NCBI GenBank assembly: GCA_964447495.1
Contig: CAYUTF010000013.1
Location: 1-43,101 of the forward strand
DNA length: 43,101 nt
Direction of reading: 5' to 3'
DNA from: an uncultured archaeon
GTDB taxonomy: Archaea > Asgardarchaeota > Lokiarchaeia > Sigyniarchaeales > SOKP01
Shown here: piece by piece, positions 30,578 through 39,480 of the stretch
Position numbering within the stretch: the stretch's first letter is position 1
Layout: every line of letters begins with the position of its first letter
Made by a program: the position numbers and the translations under genes
The notes under the pieces: model-generated
Told to the model about the DNA's origin: nothing
Database searches by the model: none
Seen by the model: only the letters and a program-made list of their open reading frames with translations

Positions 30578-32083
30578 ATGCCGGATTATCATATCAATGA
30601 TAAATGGATTTTAAACCGTGTTTCTTCTCAAAGTGAGACTTTTGATAGTTGGTTATCGAACTTATTAAGTTCTGTTGAGAAATCAATCGAAGATATTGAC
30701 TCTAAAGTCTTCGAAGAGTTGGAAAAACAGAAAGTTGGGATACCAAAAGACCAAATCAAAAAAGAAATAACTAAAGCAAAGAAAGAGATTACAAATGCAA
30801 AAAAAGAGCTTCAAAATTTAGGATCATTAGGAAAGCTTATACCCAAAATCAGCTCTGAAGTCTTTGAATGGTTAGGAAAAAATAGAGAAGAAAATTTTTT
30901 ACTTGAATCGAAAAACGTCAAATTCGATGAATTCGAACCTGATTTTGATCTCGATTTTATTACTGGGAAGAAAAAAAATCTTTCTTCAGCCTTACTTGAT
31001 GTATCTAAAGAACGCGGTATTGATATCAAAGGGGTACTTTATTTAATAGAAGCATTACCCGATTTAGAAGCATTTCTATATAGTACTAGCGTAAAAAAAC
31101 ATTATCGGGATCACACCGAGCATGCTCTACGAGTTGCTGTACTGGGAGATTTCTTACTAGAACAAGATTTTGAGAATGGAGATCTTGCAGGTATTATTTC
31201 AGAGATAACTGGGCTAGATAAGCATTTATTTACAGAAAAATTCTGGTGGATTACAGGTATTATCCATGATTTGGGCTACCCTCTTGGGAAAATGTCCACA
31301 GCCGTTAATTATTCATTGCTAAATCAATTATTAAAATGTTATCCCACATTAGATTTAGAGTTTATTCCCTGTGAAATAGGGTTATCTTGGAAAGGAAAAC
31401 AAGAAGGATACTTAAAAATTATTGAAGAAGGACTTTCAGATGAAGCTCGTTTACTTATAAGAAAAGGAGCAGGTTTTGATATCAAGGAATTTCCTGTTCC
31501 AAATCCAGAAATATTTCTTAAAGAACCAAACGGACATCGTGAATTTGAATTTAAAGGAAATTATAATTTAGATCACGGTGTACTTTCAGCTCTCTGTTTA
31601 TTAAATGGACTTGGATCTCCGGACGAAATTCGAAAGAATGTGGAATATCAAGGGTATATATTAGCAGCTAAAGCAATAGCACTACATAACTTCAAATCAG
31701 TACTTCCAGATTTTAATTTTGATGAGAATCCATTAGCCTTTTTCCTAGTATTAATTGATGAATTACAAGAATGGGGAAGACCTATTCCCCTCCAAGTAAG
31801 AGATACTTACTTCACAACAGAACTTGAAAAGGTAACTCTTTTAGATGAATTAGAATTACATATCGATGAATTTGCATGGTTTATGCAATTCAAGAACGAA
31901 AGAGCAAAGAAGTTGATGAATTTCGATTTTAAGTTATTTTCAAAAAATAAAGGGAATTCTCTCATGAGATTAAATACTGGAGAGAAATTCTCAAGCACCT
32001 CTCTTCACTTACAAGATATTGAATTAGTAAAATCAAAAAAAAAGAAGCAAAATATAATAGCATATAATAAAATTATAATATAA
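30578..32083 (+). CDS. HD-superfamily metal-dependent phosphohydrolase with N-terminal helical/coiled-coil region
   Basis: HYRDHTEHALRV, IIHDLGYP, DHGVLSA, AIALHN, LIDELQEWGR; KKEITKAKKEITNAKKE heptad-like repeat. Confidence 0.8.
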   Translation: MPDYHINDKWILNRVSSQSETFDSWLSNLLSSVEKSIEDIDSKVFEELEKQKVGIPKDQIKKEITKAKKEITNAKKELQNLGSLGKLIPKISSEVFEWLGKNREENFLLESKNVKFDEFEPDFDLDFITGKKKNLSSALLDVSKERGIDIKGVLYLIEALPDLEAFLYSTSVKKHYRDHTEHALRVAVLGDFLLEQDFENGDLAGIISEITGLDKHLFTEKFWWITGIIHDLGYPLGKMSTAVNYSLLNQLLKCYPTLDLEFIPCEIGLSWKGKQEGYLKIIEEGLSDEARLLIRKGAGFDIKEFPVPNPEIFLKEPNGHREFEFKGNYNLDHGVLSALCLLNGLGSPDEIRKNVEYQGYILAAKAIALHNFKSVLPDFNFDENPLAFFLVLIDELQEWGRPIPLQVRDTYFTTELEKVTLLDELELHIDEFAWFMQFKNERAKKLMNFDFKLFSKNKGNSLMRLNTGEKFSSTSLHLQDIELVKSKKKKQNIIAYNKIII

Positions 32084-32095
32084 TTTCAAAACCAC

Positions 32096-33355
32096 ATGAG
32101 CAGAATTTTAACTCCTCAAGATATCCTTCAAAATGTATTAGAAAAGAAAATTTCAAAGAAAGAAGCCTTAAAATTATTAGAAACCCTCATAAATGAAAGT
32201 AATAAAGCCGAAATCCGAGTTGAAGTTATTAAAACAATTGAGAAATTAGTAATTTTTAATGATTCTACTTTTGACATATTAGAAAGGTGTTTATTAGCCG
32301 ATGAATCTGATAACGTACGATTTTCAGCAGCAAGAGTATTAATTGAAAATTTTGACTTAAATGAAGATACTCCTATATTTTATGCTATAGAAAATGAACA
32401 ATCAATATATTTTTTAAAAAATTTGTTAAATCTTAATATTTCCGAAGGAAAACCTATAATAAACGATTTAAAAAATGCTATTCTAAACAAAATCTCTAAA
32501 TTTTATAATCTTAATCCTGCTGATGCAAGATTTATCCTTGATATTGATTATATGGATTATATCAAGTTTAAAATAAATTTTGAGGAATTTGTAGATAAAT
32601 TCCATATTGAAGAAGGTCAAAAACATGATTTACTCAAAGAAAATACAAGGATGGGTTATAAAGGATTAGGAAGAATCGTTAAGACTGAAAATGGTTTTAT
32701 TACGGGTTTAAGGCTTAACGATTTTGAAGAAATACCCAATACTATTCAATTTCTTTCAAAATTAGAATATTTAGAAGTAAAAAGATCTAATTTACAAAAT
32801 TTAGATCAAAGTTATGAAAATCTTCTTAATCTAAAATATTTAATTTTAAGTAATAATGAAATGGATTCAATACCAATATGGGTTTTTGAAGTTGCGAATA
32901 GAGGTAATTACGCTTTAAAATATATCAAATTTGGGGTTGAATCATCTGAAGCCAAGATATTAGGATTATTAGAAATACTTTTGGGACAAGCTCTTGTAAA
33001 ATTAGGTGAGGAGGAATCCTTTAATCACTCTTTATTATATTATTATAAAATAAATTATAATGGAAATATCATTGGAATTAGTATTTCTTCAGATTTAAAT
33101 AAAATCGGAATTTTTCCCGAACAATTATGTTCCTTGAAATTCTTAAAAGAATTATGTTTGCCTAATCAAAATTTAAGGAAAATTCCTGATTGTATTATTC
33201 AATTAGAGCTCTTAGAGACTTTTGATTTACGCAATAATAAAATTAAGTATTTACCTGATACAATCCGAACATTAAAGAATCTTAAAAACTTATTATTAAA
33301 GGGAAATCCACTTCCTAAGGAATTTTTAAAAGTTAATTACAATAAAAAAGAATAA
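32096..33355 (+). CDS. HEAT-repeat plus leucine-rich repeat protein
   Basis: HEAT-like CLLADESDNVRFSAARVL; LRRs LKYLILSNNEMDSIP, LKELCLPNQNLRKIPDCI, LETFDLRNNKIKYLPDTI, LKNLLLKGNPL. Confidence 0.88.
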   Translation: MSRILTPQDILQNVLEKKISKKEALKLLETLINESNKAEIRVEVIKTIEKLVIFNDSTFDILERCLLADESDNVRFSAARVLIENFDLNEDTPIFYAIENEQSIYFLKNLLNLNISEGKPIINDLKNAILNKISKFYNLNPADARFILDIDYMDYIKFKINFEEFVDKFHIEEGQKHDLLKENTRMGYKGLGRIVKTENGFITGLRLNDFEEIPNTIQFLSKLEYLEVKRSNLQNLDQSYENLLNLKYLILSNNEMDSIPIWVFEVANRGNYALKYIKFGVESSEAKILGLLEILLGQALVKLGEEESFNHSLLYYYKINYNGNIIGISISSDLNKIGIFPEQLCSLKFLKELCLPNQNLRKIPDCIIQLELLETFDLRNNKIKYLPDTIRTLKNLKNLLLKGNPLPKEFLKVNYNKKE

Positions 33356-33380
33356 ATAATAAATTGTTTAACTGAAAATT

Positions 33381-33665
33381 ATGGAAAACTTAGAAAGTTT
33401 AAGTTTAGAGATTTATAATGCAATGTTTGGAAATAAGAAAAAAGTCGAGCTTGAAAACATCGAGTACTCTTTTCAAAAATTTTCAAGTGGAGTTAAATAT
33501 ATTGATTATTTTGGTTATAGATTTATAGAACAAAACCGTAATAAGAAATCAGAGTGGGGTAAAAAGGCTAGAGAAGGCCATAAGATTATGTGGGTAATCA
33601 AGGGAAGACGATACATATCCCAAATCTTTGATGGTGAGTATAAAGAACTAAAGAAAAAAAATTAA
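33381..33665 (+). CDS. Small hypothetical protein
   Basis: 94-aa ATG ORF 25 bp after the LRR gene; conserved-looking FIEQNRNKKSEWGKKAREGHKIMW segment. Confidence 0.7.
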   Translation: MENLESLSLEIYNAMFGNKKKVELENIEYSFQKFSSGVKYIDYFGYRFIEQNRNKKSEWGKKAREGHKIMWVIKGRRYISQIFDGEYKELKKKN

Positions 33666-33696
33666 TTCCCATCTATGTTAGGGGAAAAAGAGGGAT

Positions 33697-33846
33697 TTAC
33701 TTTTTAGACCGTAACTGCTGTTTTTTTTCTAGTATTTTCTGATAAAGGTCATCGATAGTTAAAGGAGGATTAATTTCTTTTTCTTTGCTTTTCAGTTGGA
33801 TTGCATTTTCAGGACAAACAATAACACAATTTCCACATCCTATGCA
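33697..33846 (-). pseudogene. 3'-end remnant of a 4Fe-4S protein gene homologous to 35335..36444
   Basis: Manual translation CIGCGNCVIVCPENAIQLKSKEKEINPPLTIDDLYQKILEKKQQLRSKK* is 35/49 identical to the C-terminus of the 35335..36444 product. No start codon; an in-frame stop lies two codons upstream. Confidence 0.9.
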
Positions 33847-33908
33847 GAATTAGCAAAATCTCATAGTCCTTTAGGCATATTATAGTATGTATCTTCATGA
33901 ATCAGTGA
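33845..33908 (-). pseudogene. Internal remnant of a CYTH/cyaB gene homologous to 38732..39337
   Basis: Manual translation SLIHEDTYYNMPKGL*DFANS versus intact SLIHEDTYYNMPSGLRDFRFT; in-frame TGA at 33863-33861. Confidence 0.85.
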
Positions 33909-34066
33909 GCACAACCTGATGATGAATGGAAAGTGTTCAAATAAATTAATGAACATAAGTTTTATTTTTTAATGGATAACCCATCCTATTGAAAAAATTT
34001 TTAAATGCAAATCACATAATATTTACTGAATAAAAATTTTTTTCCAATCAATGGGAAGCGAACCCT

Positions 34067-35290
34067 TTGGTCTTATCTCTAATAGGCTGGATAATAGTTC
34101 TATCATATCTCGTTTTACTCAGTTTTACTATCTTTTTCGGAATATGGATGATTTGGAAATCACTAAAACCTAAATCTCGAGTGTTATTATATTATGGTAT
34201 TTCACTTTTAGTAATCGGATGCATGGTTATTTCGGCATCGCTTATTGATTTGTTTACAATTTACATAACAGGCACAAATATGGATAAGGGTCTTTTTGCG
34301 ATATTGTCTTTAATGTGGCTACCCCATCTCTCAGTTTTTATCATTTTATATGCATCTACATTATTAACTCCTACATTAAAATGGAAAATATTTACTGCGT
34401 ACATGATTATGGGGGTAATATTCTGGGTTTTTCTTTTCTCGAATCCTCTTCAATGGGTAGAAGTCTACCATCTTACTGTTCCAGGTCGAGAAACTTTACA
34501 ATTAACATTGAAATTTATTTCACCGTTAACTCTAATTATAGGAGTGTGGGTAGTTGTAATGTTCTTAATCATATTTAGTTTTGCTTATAAAGGGCTTAAT
34601 GCAATAGGTGAAATTAGGAAGAAATACCTTTACTTAGCCATTGGAAACTTAATATTCATTGTCCATCTGGTTTTAAATGGATTTGTAATGTATTACCAAA
34701 CAGTATCTTTCATCGGGATTTTTAGCATTCCTTTTGTTTATATGGGACTCCATCCTAAAAAACCATCAAAACCCAAACGAAAGATTGTTTCTGAGGCTGA
34801 AAAGAAATTTGTCTCCTTTGTTACTGGTAAACATGAAAATGAAAGATTGGTTGAGGACTTTCCTAAAGATTTAAAATTAGAAAAAGATCTTTTAGTGTTT
34901 ATGAGCTACGCTACCAAGGATGCGGATTTATTCAAAATCCAAGAAATTTCAAATAAACTTACTGAAACACCTGAAGTTAAAGATGTTCTATATTGGCAGG
35001 AGGATTTAGATGATAACATCTTCGAATATATGAATGATAATCTAGCAAAATGTCATGTTTTTGTTTTATTTTGTTCCATAAATGCGCTCGACTCTGTGCC
35101 TGTAAAGAAAGAGTGGACAGCAGCGGATGCAATGGGCAAACCTATTATCCCTGTGTTTTATGATACTGAGCATATCCCTCCACTTCTGCGTTCAAGGTTG
35201 GGTTTAGAATATGATTTTTATGATATGAACGGTAATATTCAAGCACTTAAAAATATCATTTTTAAAAAATACAGACGTTTAATTGATTAA
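34067..35290 (+). CDS. 7TM membrane protein with C-terminal TIR domain
   Basis: Seven hydrophobic segments in aa 1-230, Lys/Pro linker, then TIR: VFMSYATKD, WQED, FVLFCS.NALDS.PVKKEW, IIPVFY. Confidence 0.88.
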   Translation: MVLSLIGWIIVLSYLVLLSFTIFFGIWMIWKSLKPKSRVLLYYGISLLVIGCMVISASLIDLFTIYITGTNMDKGLFAILSLMWLPHLSVFIILYASTLLTPTLKWKIFTAYMIMGVIFWVFLFSNPLQWVEVYHLTVPGRETLQLTLKFISPLTLIIGVWVVVMFLIIFSFAYKGLNAIGEIRKKYLYLAIGNLIFIVHLVLNGFVMYYQTVSFIGIFSIPFVYMGLHPKKPSKPKRKIVSEAEKKFVSFVTGKHENERLVEDFPKDLKLEKDLLVFMSYATKDADLFKIQEISNKLTETPEVKDVLYWQEDLDDNIFEYMNDNLAKCHVFVLFCSINALDSVPVKKEWTAADAMGKPIIPVFYDTEHIPPLLRSRLGLEYDFYDMNGNIQALKNIIFKKYRRLID

Positions 35291-35334
35291 ATAAGCAAAA
35301 TAGCTTTTAAACTTTGAAGAGATTGAAAATTATT

Positions 35335-36444
35335 TTACTTTATACCTTTTATTTCTTGTTTTTTCAGTAGAATTTTCTGATATAGATCATCCATAGTTGA
35401 CGGGGGATTTATCTCCTCTTCCTTAGTTTTAAGTAGAATAGCACTTTCAGGACATATTGCAACACAATTTCCACAACCGATGCACCGTTTCCAGTTCACT
35501 TTGGCGATCTCTTTAACTAATTTAATTGCGTCCATTTGGCATCTATCAATACATTTTCCACAACCAGAACATAATTTACTATTTATTTCTGCAAGATAAT
35601 TTGTAGAAACAAAATCTATTGGACGTGGGAATCTTTTTAAACCTGCCAAAACGACACAACAGCATCCACAGCAACTACAGAAAAACTGAGGGTTCAATGA
35701 ATTTGCTGCTTGAAGTACTAAACCCTCTTCTTCGCTTTTTCGTAAGACTTCAAGCGCTTCGTCTCGTGTAATTTGGCGTCCTTTTCCTTGATCTATATAT
35801 ATTTGAGCCAAATGACCAAAACCAAGATGAGTTTCACGTCTTTCTGTCATTTTACATGGCCGATTGGATAGATCAGTAGCCTGACGGCAAAGACAATTAG
35901 CAACCATGATTGGTTCTTCTGCATTTTTGATGACTTCCCTCGCATAATCATACGAAGGTAGTTTATTTTCTATTTCAATACTTTGTTCCACAGGCACAGT
36001 ACGAAATTGTGGAATTTTGGTACCATATGACTCCATACCAAATCCCTCGAGCATATATTTAATTGCTTTTTTCAAAAAATCTTTGGTGAGATTATCCACC
36101 TGTAATTCATACATCCCATACATAAATAAAGAATTAGCATAGTATTTCTTTGATCCCTCAATTTTAGAGTGAATAGTCCCTTTATGCGCCATTGTATCTA
36201 AAATCTTTTCCAACTCTTCTATTGACATACTTGTATCTTTTACACGTTCATATATAGTCTCTAGAGGTTCAAGATTCTGAGACCAAGAAAAATTTAATTT
36301 TGTTGCGATTTTTGCTTCTTTTGGAGTAAAAAGATGTTTTAATACTTCAAATTCAATCCCCGATTTTGTTGTAGGAAAACCTATGGGGAAGCTATCTAAA
36401 TGTTGTTGTAATTCTTTATATACTTTAAGATCATCTTCAATCAT
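35335..36444 (-). CDS. 4Fe-4S dicluster domain protein with N-terminal wHTH-like region
   Basis: PIGFP, LFTPKEA, ANCLCR, CSCCGCCC, CSGCGKCIDRC, CIGCGNCVAICP. Confidence 0.88.
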   Translation of the reverse strand: MIEDDLKVYKELQQHLDSFPIGFPTTKSGIEFEVLKHLFTPKEAKIATKLNFSWSQNLEPLETIYERVKDTSMSIEELEKILDTMAHKGTIHSKIEGSKKYYANSLFMYGMYELQVDNLTKDFLKKAIKYMLEGFGMESYGTKIPQFRTVPVEQSIEIENKLPSYDYAREVIKNAEEPIMVANCLCRQATDLSNRPCKMTERRETHLGFGHLAQIYIDQGKGRQITRDEALEVLRKSEEEGLVLQAANSLNPQFFCSCCGCCCVVLAGLKRFPRPIDFVSTNYLAEINSKLCSGCGKCIDRCQMDAIKLVKEIAKVNWKRCIGCGNCVAICPESAILLKTKEEEINPPSTMDDLYQKILLKKQEIKGIK

Positions 36445-36622
36445 TTTACATTAATCTCTAAGAGTTTAGTTAATTATTTGTGTATTCCATTAATTAAAAA
36501 TTAAATTAATATTTTCTGAGATAATAATCGTAAATTGAAAAACTGGGAATAATTTCTCTCAAATGATGCATGGATAATACAAAGAACTGAAAATAAAGGA
36601 TTAAAATATATATATTTCAAAT

Positions 36623-37264
36623 TCAACCATTTTTTTTTACAATATACTCAAATAGACATGTACAACCCGTATTATTATACCGTCCCTTCAATATATACTT
36701 CTTTTCTTTGTAAATTATCTCAAATTTCTTAAAATATCCATCTGGCTCATCATCTTCAAAATAACTATGTAGATGCTCTTCATCATCAAAGCTTTTAACA
36801 ACCTCTCCAGGTCGGATTTTTTCTCCTTCAGAATATGAACGAGCATTTACCGAAAGGAAATTTAAGTAACAAAGCCCGCCTGGTACCATAACACGGTAGA
36901 TTTCATCAATTGTTTTACGAATATCTTCTTTTGTTAAATGGAATATCGAATTGTACGAATAGACAAATCCAAAAAAATTATCGTCAAAAGGAATCTTTCG
37001 CATATCTGCTTTTTTTATATCAATTGTAATCCTCCGGTTGTTACATGCTTTTTCAAACTCCCCGATTCTTTCTTCTGAAATATCTATCCCATAGGTATCG
37101 AACCCATTTTCATAAAATAAAGCTAATTTTGGATCTTGACCTCCTGCCCCACAATCTAAAACTCGTTTTATTGAAGGATTTTCATTGGCATATCTGAGGA
37201 AAGAATATAAAGGAGTAGGATAAAAGTGGCTTATTTTATTCTGAATCATAAGAATTTGCACCAT
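36623..37264 (-). CDS. Class I SAM-dependent methyltransferase
   Basis: VLDCGAGG, GIDIS, ADMRKIPF, SIFHL, EIYRVMVPGG. Confidence 0.9.
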   Translation of the reverse strand: MVQILMIQNKISHFYPTPLYSFLRYANENPSIKRVLDCGAGGQDPKLALFYENGFDTYGIDISEERIGEFEKACNNRRITIDIKKADMRKIPFDDNFFGFVYSYNSIFHLTKEDIRKTIDEIYRVMVPGGLCYLNFLSVNARSYSEGEKIRPGEVVKSFDDEEHLHSYFEDDEPDGYFKKFEIIYKEKKYILKGRYNNTGCTCLFEYIVKKNG

Positions 37265-37434
37265 AATTGATAAATCTTAATTGTTTATAAAACTTTTCAA
37301 ATCTCTTAAAGATCGAGTTTAATATATCAAACTAAACTTGTAGTTCGATTAAACTTTAGCAAAATATTATCCGTTATAGGAAAAATCAGAATGATTAAAG
37401 TATATACTCTTCTTAGATTATTTAGTTTTCAAAC

Positions 37435-38298
37435 TTAAGAACTGAACCATGAAATAGTATAAGAATATTCTTCTGATCCCTTAATATTAGGATTCAAAAA
37501 ATCCCAGTTTCCTTCTAATCCTAACTCTTTAGCACACAAGTCAAAATGACATACAGCAATTCCAATATCTAGTCGAGTAAATCTTTTATATATCTGTCCT
37601 ATTTTTCCTAACTGGGGTGCTATGTAGAAATGAAATATCTTCTTATCTCCCTCTTTAACTATTCTCCAAGGTTGTTTATTACCTGCTGAAGGGCCAATTC
37701 TTACCATCTCAAGCAAGATGGAAAATTCCCCTAATTCAGTATTCATCAAAGGAGTAGCAAAATCATTTTTAAAGAATATTTGATCCCATGAACGTCTTTT
37801 TTTTGCTTTAATAATCGTTCGAATAATTTTCTCTTTTGTTCTTCTTTTTATGGGATAACCTAAAGGAGAAATTGCAGGGACAGTCTCATGTGAGTTGCAA
37901 TTTATTTTTTCAGAAAATAGACTTTTATTGAAAAACCCACCTAACCAGCACGTTCCTAAACCTAAATCTGTTGCCTTTAATATTAATAATTCCATTAGAT
38001 ATCCATAATTCTCGAGATCATACTCTGACTTTTCAATAGCTCCAACAATAAATTCTTGAGCACCTTGAATGAAACCATATGTTCCCAACTTTTTTTGTTC
38101 ATTAGGGTCAAAATCGGGAATACTAATAGTTGTAAAACGGTAATTTCTTGAATATTTATTGAATGGACTTTGATTATTATTTAATTTCAAAAATAACGTA
38201 AAATCCTTCTTTAAACTCTCTTGGATGGGGTCTGGAGAAAAGGTTCTCCATGAAGTCCGTTCTTTAATTATCTCGATGATCGATCTATTAAAAATCAT
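37435..38298 (-). CDS. Nitroreductase family protein (tandem-domain type)
   Basis: IKERTSWRTF, ATDLGLGTCWLGG, GPSAGNKQPW, LDIGIAVCHF. Confidence 0.9.
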   Translation of the reverse strand: MIFNRSIIEIIKERTSWRTFSPDPIQESLKKDFTLFLKLNNNQSPFNKYSRNYRFTTISIPDFDPNEQKKLGTYGFIQGAQEFIVGAIEKSEYDLENYGYLMELLILKATDLGLGTCWLGGFFNKSLFSEKINCNSHETVPAISPLGYPIKRRTKEKIIRTIIKAKKRRSWDQIFFKNDFATPLMNTELGEFSILLEMVRIGPSAGNKQPWRIVKEGDKKIFHFYIAPQLGKIGQIYKRFTRLDIGIAVCHFDLCAKELGLEGNWDFLNPNIKGSEEYSYTISWFSS

Positions 38299-38482
38299 AG
38301 TATCAATGAAGCATAATTTAAACTTAAGGTTTCTCCATTTATTTTATAGATATTACTTTTGGTTAATTTTTAACTTAATTTTCTACAATTGAAAAATTGG
38401 ACTCCAAATTATTTATTATTACAACTTCCAATTTAAAATATAATAAAGAATAATATAAATCTAATTGAGATGAGAAATTAAG

Positions 38483-38671
38483 ATGGAAGTTAAAATGCAA
38501 TATGATTTGAGTTATTATGACTTCTTAAACTTTATTCATGTTATTGGTATTAATACAAATTTTATTCAAAAACAAAATGTTGCTAAAACTCTCAAGAACT
38601 ATGATTTACAACAAGTTAAAAAAGATTTGAATACAAAAATCGAGAATTTGAATAAAATATTGAAAAAATAA
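38483..38671 (+). CDS. Possible small hypothetical protein
   Basis: 62-aa ATG ORF in an AT-rich gap; no motif. Confidence 0.35.
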   Translation: MEVKMQYDLSYYDFLNFIHVIGINTNFIQKQNVAKTLKNYDLQQVKKDLNTKIENLNKILKK

Positions 38672-38731
38672 AGAGATTAAGATATTAAACACTCCTTAAC
38701 TTAACTACCATATTAATAATTAGGATGAAAT

Positions 38732-39337
38732 TTAACTTTTCTTTTTCATTATCTTTTCAAGTATCAATTCTAAATAAGATTTTTGGATAGAATCTCGCTC
38801 TCGATATCCAAACAATGATAGAAAATTAAATAATACATCTCTAGTGCTCGCAAGATCATTATGAGATTTAGCCATTAATTCTACTTCAATGAAATATTTC
38901 CCGAGAATTGATAAATAGTCTATTAATGCTTCAATTAGAAATCCCTCATACTCAAACTCATATAAGTCTCTTTCTTTCTTTACAGTTAGAACTTGCTGAA
39001 ATCCTAGAACCGAAAATATCTCCTTCATCTCTTCAACATTTTCAACTTCTACCTCAATTTCTTTACGAGATTTGGAAATCTTATCAAGCTTTTTACCTTT
39101 ATAAGTAATATAACTCTTCCTTTTTCTTGGAAGTTCTTCATTTTCCTTATTAAATTCAATCGAATTTCGAATTCTTAATGCTTCATCCGTAAACCTAAAA
39201 TCTCTTAAGCCTGAAGGCATATTATAATAAGTATCTTCATGGATTAATGACAATTTATAAATACCATTCTGTTCTTTAAATTTCTTACGAATTAAATTCG
39301 GATCTGAAATCTGAATTTTAATTTCTACTTCAATCAA
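38732..39337 (-). CDS. cyaB: CYTH-domain protein (class IV adenylate cyclase/triphosphate tunnel metalloenzyme)
   Basis: EVEIK, EDTYY, DEALRIR, ITYKG, SRKEIEV, VKKER, FIEVE, SYLEL; TTG 39337 gives the typical MIEVEIK start. Confidence 0.9.
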   Translation of the reverse strand: MIEVEIKIQISDPNLIRKKFKEQNGIYKLSLIHEDTYYNMPSGLRDFRFTDEALRIRNSIEFNKENEELPRKRKSYITYKGKKLDKISKSRKEIEVEVENVEEMKEIFSVLGFQQVLTVKKERDLYEFEYEGFLIEALIDYLSILGKYFIEVELMAKSHNDLASTRDVLFNFLSLFGYRERDSIQKSYLELILEKIMKKKS

Positions 39338-39480
39338 GATAAGATTCTTTTTAGTTGATAACAATTATAATTTAGTAATTAATATTAAGTATTAATAGTT
39401 TAAATTTGAGCTGATAAAGAATTTCTCAAATTTCAGAAACAGCACATGAACTGGCTAAAAAATATGGTTATTTACCATAC

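Noticed and set aside
33861-33863. In-frame TGA in the cyaB fragment as possible selenocysteine recoding
   Set aside because: It aligns to Arg, not Cys, in the intact gene and lies in a start-less fragment; it is a nonsense mutation.
33894-33945. CTGA/ATGATGA resembling C/D-box sRNA motifs
   Set aside because: No well-placed terminal C and D boxes; partly overlaps the cyaB remnant; such motifs arise easily in AT-rich DNA.
38732-39337. CyaB as the cAMP-producing partner of the TIR/HD locus
   Set aside because: Many CYTH proteins are triphosphatases rather than cyclases; it sits divergent from a housekeeping RNA methyltransferase, with no evidence of a link.
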